From Felis catus (Eukaryota), in contig NC_058369.1 of assembly GCF_018350175.1 (NCBI RefSeq), positions 19,346,001-19,410,000 on the forward strand: a stretch of DNA of 64,000 nucleotides, given 5' to 3'. The notes beneath the pieces were generated by a model. The model had not been told where the DNA came from. It searched no databases and saw only the letters and a list, made by a program, of their open reading frames with translations. The translations under genes and the position numbers were made by a program. Shown here one piece after another: positions 12,590 to 23,345 of this stretch; the first letter of the stretch is position 1; every line of letters begins with the position of its first letter.

Positions 12590-13309
12590 AGGCTAGGTCA
12601 GCAGGCAGTACAGATGTAGCCCTGCTCTCATGCAGTGTGCCGTCCATAAGTTCTTCTTTATATCCCACCTATCTTCCCACTGTAATTCAGTCCCACTGTC
12701 CTGAACACAGAACTTGGTAGAGGCCTCTATGGTAGAGGTAGTTTCATGGGCTAGCAACTTCACTGGCAGAATTAAGGGGTGCGAGGAGACCTCTTTCCAT
12801 GTAAAAGCTGAGCCTGAGCGCCCGCCACCAACAAGAACAGAGGAGCCTGAGCCCCTGCCTGTGAGGACAGCAGAGCCCAAGCCCCCATCCAGCCACCATG
12901 CTCCCTTCCCATGATGTTATTTTTATACTTTTTCCTAAAACACAGTCTGAACGGGCCCTTCTCGACTCTATTAACATTAGGAATCTAATCAGTAATCAGG
13001 CAGCTCATAATTTTCTGATTAGCTCTGATTAGGCCCAACCTTGGGGGGAGAGAGAGTGGGACAGTGAGAAGGGAGGTGGGGCCAGTGGGGCACCAGGATA
13101 TGCCTGAGGGGGCACTGGCTGGGCTAGGGGTGGAGGGCAGAGGGAAAGAGCCTCTTGCCCTACTGTCCTTTGTCCTGGAAAAGGGTATACGGTGGAATCT
13201 TGGGTTGCACTGGGTCGGAAAGGTTGCAGGGGTCAGAGAGCAGGGCAGTAGGAAAGGGGCCCCTGGCCCACCCTGCAGCAGGGACCCCAGGGAAAGTTGG
13301 GCCTGGACT

Positions 13310-13330
13310 TTCAGAACCATGGACAGAGGC
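13310..13330 (+). promoter_or_regulatory. Candidate REST/NRSF RE1 element
   Basis: TTCAGAACCATGGACAGAGGC, 18/21 to TTCAGCACCAYGGACAGCGCC with the canonical 2-nt spacer. Confidence 0.65.
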
Positions 13331-14279
13331 AGGTGGGCTTGGCAGGGTGGCCCAAAGGGCCCGATTTGGGCATCTATATGGGTCCTACCCTGCCTAGGGT
13401 CCCCTGGGGTTACATCCCAGTAATGATCCCAGGAGTTGCCTTGAGTGATGGTGACAGTGACAGGATGGGCATGCTCAGAGGGCTGCAATGTGTGACCTTC
13501 ACATGGAGAACTGGCCGTGGCCACTGGTGCTGAGCACACCATAGGTAAAGCTTGATGATCATCACTTTCAGTGTAAAGACAATGAGGCTGAGGGTCTTAC
13601 TGTACAGTGGGGAAGCCAAGGCCTGGAGGGACCACCTAGGTGATGGTGCCAGTTAGGGACCAAGCCTGGGTGTGTACTGAGGCATCCCTGGTCAGCCAAT
13701 CCTTTCTTCTGCCTGAGATCTGTTTGTCACTGGATGGAACCATGGTGCTGGCCAAACCAGACCTCCTAGACCTGAATAGAACTGGACCTCTGGCCTGTCC
13801 CTGGTCTTTGCTGACCATGAAGTCTCCCCACTTCCCACCCCGCTACCATCCACTGGCCTTCCCCATAGGCCCAAGACTCTTCTGAGCCACATCCTGGAGC
13901 CCCAGTCAGGTCACAGTCAGAGTGGTCCTGCCTTTGCCCCTGGTCTGGAATACCTCTTGTTGGACACAACCATCCAGGTGACCTCTGATGAAATGCACGA
14001 GCCCCGCTGAAGGAGCCATGCACAGCTAATGCCATGCAAATTGGTACGGAGGCAATCAGCCTGACTCTACAAGCTGCCCCACCGGCCGCAGGCTGGCTCA
14101 TTGTCTTTTCTGTCAATTTGCATCTCATTACCCAGAAGGCTGTGTTCGCTAGAGGTTAAAAGAAAAAGAGAATCAAGCCTCTCTGCATCCTGCCTCCAGC
14201 TAGGGCACAGTCTACATGTGGGATAGGGCTGCCTGGTGGATTGCCCCATGAGGTCCACTCCACGGGGAGCCTGCCAGCC

Positions 14280-14725
14280 CTACCACTGCCATCACCACCA
14301 CAATTACCCCTGCTGCCACCAGAGTGTTACTCCCATCACCACCATCACTGCTACCTCCATCATCACTACTGATCCCCACTTAACCACTGCCAACATGGTT
14401 TCATCACTCCTACCACTGTTACCCCATCTCTACTGCCAATGTTTTCATCAGCTGGCACCACCACCACCGTCACTCCCATCATGACTGCCAAAGTTCTTCC
14501 CATCACCAATCACCACCACCATCACTACCTTCATCTCCATCATCATAGGCACCAACACCATCACTGTCACCTCCACCATTACCTCCATTGCCGCCACCAC
14601 CACCACCACCACCACCACCACCACCACCACCTCCACCACCACCTTCACTACTGTAACCATCATCCCACGGGAGCACCTCTGCTAGCACCTCACGTTGCCT
14701 CATGATCACCACCTGCCCCACCACC
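14280..14725. repeat. (CAC/CAT)n low-complexity tract with a near-pure (CCA)n core at ~14595-14643
   Basis: Directly visible. Confidence 0.9.
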
Positions 14726-15029
14726 TCTACATCCCTCAGGGAAGTCTGGTGAACAGGCAGAGACTACTGACTCTTTACCTTTCTCTGCCCATCACCCTCT
14801 AGCATCATGGGAAAGTTAGAGAACCTGTAAACAAATGATCCAGTGATCAGAGACCTCATAAATCAACCACTTGAACTCTGGTGCTTATAACTGGGTGTCA
14901 TAGAAAGGAAGCCTGCAAGGCCAGGGGGCAGGGTAAAGATGCTTGCTTCTCTGACAGAGCCCCTGGAAGACTGGGGCCTCATTTACTCCCCTGGTCAGTG
15001 GCCACCACATCCCGAAGGGCAGAGCCAGG

Positions 15030-15140
15030 AGCTGTGTGTGACATGATGACTGACTCCTTCTCTGAACCTTGGTTGCCTCATCTCTAAAATGGGGCTTCTA
15101 ATAGTCTCGACCTCATAAGGCTGTGTGAGATGAGTGTAGA
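15030..15140 (+). mobile_element. MIR relic
   Basis: ctctgaaccttggttgcctcatctctaaaatgggg...acctcataaggctgtgtgag. Confidence 0.6.
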
Positions 15141-16899
15141 CCATGAGAGAAGAATACTGAGAATTCTGGAAGGTCACATAAAACCTGTGGGCAAGGAGTG
15201 TAGTTAGATCAGGTTGGGAGGGCTTCTGGGAAGAGGAAACAGCTGACCAAACTTGAGACAAGGTCAGATGGATGGAAGAAAGGAGGAACCTGAGCAGGGC
15301 CAAGTTGTGGAGGTGGGAATGAGTGGGCTTCTCTGTGGGGAGAGGACAGTCAAGACCAGGGCAGCTGATGAAGCCTTTGCTCCTCCTGAGCCTCCCTCCA
15401 TCCAAGGGTGTTTGTGGTCACAGTGTGGCTGAGCTTCTTTCCTCAAGGACACCATGATTTGCACCTTTCTTCATACACATAATCCCTCTAAGCCCCACGG
15501 AGCTCGATCACTATTCCCATTCTACTGACAAGGGTGCCAAGGTGGAGAGATGAGCCTAAACTAAGACAAAATAGGGGGTTCCTGCAGAGGCTACCCAGAA
15601 GAGTAGGAATCAGAGCCAGATCTTTCTATTCCAGCCATCATTCTGCTGGATGTGGATGCCTGAGACCCGACCTCATCACTGCCTACTAGCTTCGGTGGCA
15701 GCAGCATGGGCACTACCTGGGACACAAAGCTGGGCCCTGGCAGGCCCTGGGGGCAATACTGGGGGCCTGGGAAGAGCTGACAGGCAGACAAAGGCCTGGA
15801 GGTGGAGGGTGGGGTGGTGGGCACAGCCTGGCTGCCAGGTGGAAACGCCCAGGGTAAAAGCTGCTCTGAATACTGACTGCATCCCGCTGCTGCAATCAGC
15901 CTCGACACTTGGTTATTATGAGGAGTAAAGGCGGCCGGCGGGACAGCTGGAGCCTTGGCGACAACATTTAAGGCGTTTGTCAGAGCCATGGGACACGGGC
16001 TGCCAGGCGCTAATGGCTTCTGCTTGCTGCTGCCAAGCGAGACGAGGGCGGGCAGGCGGAGGCGGCCTTGCTCCTGCTCGGGCCCCATGCCCACCTCATG
16101 CTACGCGGCTGCTCCACGACAGGTAGGGCCCACCTGGGCCTTCCAGATGCCTAGCAACGGCCAGAGAGCCACGGCACCAGCTGGGGAGGGTGGGATTTGC
16201 GGCCATGCAGCACATGCTGGCATGTTTGGGAGGTTATCTTTCTCACCTCCATTCAGGCTCTAGCCCCTCTCCCCTGGGATGAGGGTCTGGGAGTCTGTTC
16301 TCTATCATGCCTTCTCCCAGGAAAGGGACGCTCAACCCCAGCTGGCTAAGGCCACTCAGCCCCTGATCTCCTCAGCACTTCAGGTTGGACTTTTTGTGGG
16401 AGGGATGCCTCTAGTGATGGACCCATGGTGGACTCAGATCCATCCTGACTGGGTGATTTCAGCTCTCCTGGCCCCAGTTCTCTTTCTTGTGAAATGGGAA
16501 AATGGCACCATCCACCCAGGGAGCCTGCATTAGTGAGAAAACAGGGGAATGATGAAGTGCTGCTTACATGGAACCCAATGGCACTTGGATGTATTAGGAA
16601 GGGCTGATCTCCCAGTCAGATGTCACCTGGGAGTGGGGGAGTGTGGCCCCCAGGGCTGCCTGAAGAAGAGGACAGCCCCTGGAGGAAGGGCCACAGCCAA
16701 CTGCAGAGAATGGCCAGGGGTTTTCCAGGGAGGAGAAACCCATGGCCAGGCGATCAGGTGGGGCTCTGAGTAAAAATGTTCCTGAAATACACAGGTCCAG
16801 CAAGGAATTCCTGTGCCTGGAAGTGCATGTGCAGGACCTGGCTCAAGCACTGTCTGTGCTTCACACAGACTGATCACTCCTTGTGTCCCAGCACTGTCC

Positions 16900-16990
16900 C
16901 TTATTCCCTAGAGCAGCCCCTACAAAGCAGGTCCCATTCCTACCCCATTCTGCAGATGAGGAAACTGAGGCTCAGATGTGATTGCTCAGT
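16900..16990 (-). mobile_element. MIR relic
   Basis: ccccattctgcagatgaggaaactgaggctcaga core. Confidence 0.65.
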
Positions 16991-17370
16991 TTGTCTGCAG
17001 TCATAGCCCTCTGAGAGCAGGGTGGGGTTTGTTCCTGAGGCCAGGTAATTAAATCCCTTTCCTCCACTCACTGATTCATCCATGAGACACCCTGAGCCCC
17101 CTCTGAGACCCTGAACCCCCTCTGATGAGGAAGTGGGTCTTTGGCTGGCTATGAATCAGAGAGCATGGGATGGAGGAACACCAGGGTGTTAGGAGAGGGA
17201 TCCAGGCTTCAGGAGAAGACGTTGATGGGCCTGAGCTCAGCCTCAGCTTTAATGGATGCCCTTGCACTTGTCATCCTGGATAGCCCCAGGTTCTTACCCC
17301 ACCCCCCTGCCCCAACCCTGGTTAAAGCTGGAGGAGGCAAGAGGAGTCCCTTAAGAAGGTGAGGAGTTGT

Positions 17371-17563
17371 GGGGGTGCTTGGGTGGCTCAGTTGGTTGAG
17401 CGTCCGACTCTTGGTTTCAGCTTGGGTCATGATCTCATGGTTCGTGGGTTCAAGCCCCGTGTTGGGCTCCACGCTGACAGCATGGAGCCTGTCTGGGATT
17501 CTCTTTCTCCCTCTCTCTCTCTCCCTCTCTTCTGCTCTGTTTCTCAAAATAAACTTTTTTTAA
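17371..17563 (+). mobile_element. Can-SINE
   Basis: ggggtgcttgggtggctcagttggttgagcgtccgact head, CT tract, aataaa; imperfect TSD aa(g/a)aaggtg..gagttgt on both flanks. Confidence 0.92.
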
Positions 17564-18462
17564 AAAAAGGTGGGGGAGTTGTGTGCCCTTCCCAAGGTCA
17601 CCCCGTGAACTCTGACCCCCAGGAGCCCTCCTTCTGTAGTCAGCCTCCAGCACTGCTGCCACCCTCAGCCTGGGACCTTCATGGCATCAGAGCTGGGGCT
17701 GGGGTGCTGCTATGGGTTTGTATTCATCAGCGTTGAGCCTAGTGACCCTCTGTGGGCAGCTGTGCTCGGCTCTGCCTAGATTGGAGACTGCTGCCTGAGA
17801 TAAGGGGCAGAAGGTCAGGGCCAGGCCCAGCCCCTAGAGAGACAGACTTCAAATCTTAGGCTGGCTAGCTAGGCCCCAGGGTCATTCTTCCACACTCATC
17901 AAGAAAGAACCCTCCATGAGCTATCCTCACCCCATTTCATAGGTGGAAAAACCAAAGCTCACTAAGAGGTGGGCCTCCCCCAGGGGTGATAAGCATAGAA
18001 CTTGCTCGCTGCCTTCGGATCTGCTTCCCTTTCCTAAACTCACAGTGGTGGGTGTCTTTGGAGCAGGGGGGGTTTTTGTGCCCTAGTGCCAGTCTAGTCT
18101 CAGCCCACCAAGGTATTCAAGGACTCCGTCTGCAGGATTTCCAGCTCACTGCTCATCCAAAGGGTTGGGCCGTGGCCATAAGGGCTTTCCCTCCCCAAAC
18201 ACTCTGGAGTCTTATGTTGCTCCCCTGCCTCCAGAGGCCCCCCTCCATGGAACTCCCTCACAGGAGAGTAAGTGGGACTCCTGTGACGAGGGCTTCTTAA
18301 GCCTTCACTGAAGGAAGTCTGCCAAGGAGGAGCATGGTAGGGGCTTTCTGTCTTTAGTAGGGGTGGGCAATGAGGCCTCTTCCAGCTGATTTTATGGTCA
18401 GCAGCTTTGTAACTGGGGGTGGAAGGTTTGGAGTTGGAGGAGGATGTGTGTCCAAGTTCATT

Positions 18463-18466
<4 letters not shown>

Positions 18467-18522
<56 letters not shown>
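18467..18522. repeat. (TA)28 microsatellite, followed by a degenerate purine-pyrimidine alternating tract
   Basis: Directly visible. Confidence 0.95.
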
Positions 18523-18526
<4 letters not shown>

Positions 18527-21500
18527 TGTGAGTATGGGAACACAGGTGCAGACATAAGAAATCATCTGTATGTGAACACATGCACATGTGAGTATAGGAA
18601 CATGTGTATACATGCATGCATGCCAACATGTGCTCAGGCACATTCACACAAGGCAGATGAGTTCATGTTCTGGACGCCCTTCCCAAGGCACAGGTGAGGC
18701 TGGGCTGCTTCCTGCTGTGGCTGGGTGTGGGGTGAATCACTGAACCTGTGGCTCCTGCCCCACTCATGCCTGGCTAAATGGACCCTTCTTACTATCACCT
18801 GCCTTGTTCCTGCCTAGTGGTCCCTCCTTAAGTCTACCCTCACTTTATTCATTGGTTTACCTTCCTCCCAGAACTCACTCCAGCCTATGATCACTTTGTT
18901 TTGTGTTATCTTATTCTAACTAACATCATAGTATAGAATAAATGAAAAAGTGACCCCAGGACCTCACTTCTTTCAACAAGCATGTTTGTGGCCTGTGCTG
19001 GGTGCTAGAGACACAGGATGAATCAGACCCGGCCCCACCATCACGGAGTGCCCAGTGGAGGGGGGGGGGGCTTCCACTTGTCTCCACGCTCACCCCCCAA
19101 CCCCACAGTCACGTATAGCCAATACCAGGCCAGACACACATGCAGACCATGGAGAGCTTGTGCAGTCTCACATCAACTGACCGCCAGGTGCCTTTGTGAT
19201 TACAGTTATCATTCATGGGGCCCACTGTTTACATGTGACCAACACAACCATGGGGGGCAAGGCTGATGTTACTGGTCCATTTTTCAGAAGAAAAGCAGGC
19301 AAGAGGAGGATCTGGGACCCAAGCCTAAGTCTGTTCAGCTGCTGAGCCCAGGCCTGCAGTGCTGTAGCCTGCATCGGCCACACCTGTGTGACCAGCAATC
19401 CCAGCACTGCCAGCTACCCTTGCCTATAGGCTGGGGAGGTGGGACATCCTCAGGGTCACACCACAGTTCAGGCACCAGGTCCCAAACTCTGCTTCTAGTA
19501 AAGGCAGGAGAGGCTGAGGGGCACCACCGTGAAAGTCCCCCCAGACACCATTCCATAGGAAGCAGGACTTGACTTTGGTGGGGATTTGATCTAAATGTCT
19601 CATCTTCTCCGATCGGAACACAAAGCACTGGGTCTCCCTTTCTCCTTTGGCTGCCAAGACTCTCAGAGTCGACCTAGAGACTCAGCTAGACCAAATGCCT
19701 GGTCCACCAGGGGCTGCTTACCATGGCTCTTCTGTCTCATCCTTGTTACTCACAGCCTATGTTTTACTACATATGCTTTTGTGAAAAGACGCTCAAAACT
19801 TTGCTGAATGAACTAGTGAATAAACCAAATTAAACTGTGCTCCCCATCCTGCCTATGCTCCCCTTCTCTAAGAGGCAGCTAGACCCATGGGAAGGAAAAG
19901 TAGACAGGAGTCAGTCAGGAGGCTCCAGTGCTCTGTGGGGTGTCAGGCCAGTTGCTCTCCCCAGTTTTAGTTTCCCTCTTCCTGTACCCCTGTCTTCACA
20001 TCCCCCACCACCAAGTCGGGCAGGGCAGGTTGCTCTGGGAGGCTAGACTGACTGTGGGTGGGCAGGGGGCCCTGCTCAGAGCCAATGCCCCACCAACGTG
20101 TAGGCCAGCATCTGGCTGGCACAGCCGTCTCCCTGGAAAACGAGATACTTCTTATTGAGATAACGAATTGCTCCGTTTAGATCCAAATTAACCTCCCCCC
20201 AATTACCCCATTTTCTACCACATTTCACCAGATCGAAATCCCCTTCTGCCCACAAAGTCCTGTGCCTCTCCCCTCCTCATTCTCAAAACCATGGCCTGGC
20301 CTTGTTCCTTTCAACGGCCTCAGAGGGACGAGCAGTCACACCCTCCCCCACACTGTGACCATGATTTTCTTTTCTTTCTTTCCTTTCTTTCCAGGGGGTG
20401 GGGTCGGAGTAGGGGGAATGGGAAGCTTGATGCAGCTGCCGCTCTGAGGAGTGAGAATTTTTATTTTATTTTTTTAGCTCATTCTTTGAAATAAGGATGC
20501 AATATGGGATCAATTTTTGATGACAGTGAAGTAAAAGGGGAAAATAGTAGCAATTTTCTCTTCTGAACATGCCCTATTTAATGGAAGGATGTCACGATGG
20601 TTTTATCCAGAGGAGAGAGAGGGCCTGGTTCCTAGGGACACATGGTCAATCAGAGATGCCTGGCAGGATCTCACCCTGGGGATGGCTGGACGACCCCTCC
20701 CCAGATTTCCAGTGCCCCCCATTAGTATGTCTACCAGGGCCCAGGACTTGGGGAGGTGAGAGACTGAGGTGAGAGCCCTGAGCTGCAGGGCTCCACGTCA
20801 CCTTCTGGGGCCCAGCTACTATGGACTGAGATTCCATCTGCCCCGACCCTGCACCAGGGTGGACCCTCCCCACCTTGTGCTCTGCTGGTCTCTGCCTGCA
20901 TCAGGATTCTAGAGCTGGGACTCCAGGGAATCCAGTGTTAATTAGGGTTATAAAATCCTGCCCAGCTGCTGCTGCTGCCTTTGTGTTAAAGCTAGGGAGC
21001 TGAGCTCCGGTTGGCCTGGAGCCGGTGAGGGTGAAGAATGGTGGTGGAGGCTGACAGGGGAAGGGACAGGACATCCCAGGATAAGAGAGTGAAGTGCTGA
21101 ATCCTCAGCTGGCCAGGACTTGGATCAGGCATCCAGCCCCTTATCTCGGGGCTCAGGAGGGAGAGATGGGGTGACGAAGGGGGCACTGGTTGGGAGTTTC
21201 TCGGGGACACTGACCCGAGACCACTGCAGGAGCAACAGGCCTTCAGACCCCGTCCTGCAGGAATCTTGGGACCCTGGCTGGTTTCCAGGAGGACACACTC
21301 TGCTCTGCTGCTCTAAGTTGCCCCAGGTGAGGTTAAGATCCTTGGGCTGGATGGACTGGGAGGCCAGGGGTCTGGCTGCCAGAGCCCCATCTTCACCAAG
21401 AAACCCACCCATTCACCACAGAGCCCCTGAAAGCCTGGGGCACCCCTGGAGCAGCTGAGTGGCACCCTGGCCAGCCTTGGCCCGCCCTTCCTGAAGTCTA

Positions 21501-22830
21501 GTTTCCTCTGGCTAACTGTCCTCCAAGGCCTTCTTCACCTTGCAGTGCAGGGACTGGGGACAGAAATGAATTAGAGCCATACCTTGAAGGACTGAGCTGC
21601 TCAATGGCGGGCAACTCATTTGCAGACACGTGCAGTCACCCCAGGCGGCTTGTGACCCGCAAACACAGCACACAGCACACCCAATCCCCACATGCTCCCA
21701 TGCGCCTGCACAGAATCCACGGTTATGGAGACATCTAGCCACATGCCCTTGCAAGCATGGCTTCTGCCTAGGTGTGGTTGTTACAATCAATGACTTTGGC
21801 TTCACACAGTAGAAAAACACTGGCCTCTCTGGAGCCTTTTTCCATCTGCCACCCATGGGCCCACTACACACACAAGCAATCCCAGACCCTTCCAGAGTCC
21901 TCACTAGGAGGCCAAAACAGCACTGGCAAGAACAGGCCCTGCTACCTCCTCCAGGGCACCTCCTGCCCCAAATATCCGCAGATTCTAGAAGACAAGTGGA
22001 GAGGTAGCGGGCTGGGCCTAGCATCGACAGATGCCGCGCAAAACCGCGCCCGCCACCTCCCTCCTCTCCTCGGCTGTGGCCGGGCCTCTGAAATAATTAG
22101 CAATTCTGCTCGACAAAACGCTGGCCCGATGGGATAATAAACTCCAACATCTGTCAGAAGAGCGAGCTCCTATGGAATTGCCAAGAGAAACATTTTTCTC
22201 CTCATTCAATTCACATTTAAATCGAAAACAACCCCTCCAAGTCTGCGCCAGGCCGGCGGCACGGGGCTCCGGGAGCCCACAAGCTGTTCTCGGGCCTGCA
22301 AAGAGGCTCGGACGAGTGGTGATCACTCACTCAAATTAACAAATCATTTTATTTAGAAATGAAGAGAATTTGTAAGTGACGGATGGCTTGAGAGCCACTG
22401 AGGAGGAGAGGAAAGCCAGCCGTTGGCCCCACTGCTAAACCAGTGAGCAGCCCTATGGTCCCCAGTGCCCTTCTGGCCCCTGGCAGAAAGGCCTCCCTGA
22501 GAGCTCCAGTCATGGGAGCCAGAGCTCCCCCATCTTCACAACCACCCAGTGTGGTGACAGGCCAGGAATCATGTTGCTGTTCTGTAGTGGGAAACTGAGG
22601 CTTGGTGAAATGCCTAAGACCCCAGTTGTTCCTGTTGGCCCGAGAAGGACACAGGCCCCCCTTTCAGGGAGCTCAGGCAGGGCTTGCTCTGCCCAAAAGA
22701 TGGCTTCCTGGGCCTGCAATTCCACCTCTGGGCTGCTGGAGGTGCTGTGCAGAGAGTACTGAGTCCTGTGTGAGTCTAGGGTTGGGTCTGGCTATGGGCA
22801 AACTTGGCTTTATCCAATATAACTATGTTC

Positions 22831-22875
<45 letters not shown>

Positions 22876-23149
22876 TGACATTCTTGAAACAGGAGCCCTA
22901 GAGACTTGTGTTCTGGGCCCAGGGTCTCAGATTTACTGTCTATACAAGGAAAAATGTAGACTTAGATTGCCAAGGACCTTCCCAGCTATGAAGGCCTCTG
23001 AAGACCAGGTACAAAATACTGATAAATGAAAAAAAAAAAAAGTTAACAAATGAGCCCCAGTCCTGGCCAGGCCTCTCCTTGGGGTTCTGACAGTGCCCTC
23101 TGTGCCTCCATAAGGTCCCCTCTTTAGGGTTCCCAAAATGCCCATATGT

Positions 23150-23345
23150 CTTCCATCATACCCCTCCTCAGAGTTCCCCCAGGACCTATGTGCCCTCATC
23201 AAAGACTTCACTGCTCTGTCACTTAATTTCCCAGCAGACAGTGCACTCTCTGAGGCAGGGACAGTGCTGTTTTTTTTTTCCATCCCAGTGGTGCTAGTGC
23301 CCAGCTCTTGGTAACTATTTGCCGAATAAACGAACGAATGAATGT
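23150..23345 (+). mobile_element. L2 3'-end relic
   Basis: ctctctgaggcagggacagtg...ctagtgcccagc...tatttgccgaataaacgaacgaatgaatg (GAAT-type tail). Confidence 0.55.

Noticed and set aside
14439..14724. Poly-His, poly-Val and poly-Gly ORFs
   Set aside because: Translations of the (CAC/CAT)n simple repeat; no splice or coding evidence.
18100..18697. ORFs with YIYIYI runs
   Set aside because: Artefacts of the (TA)n microsatellite.
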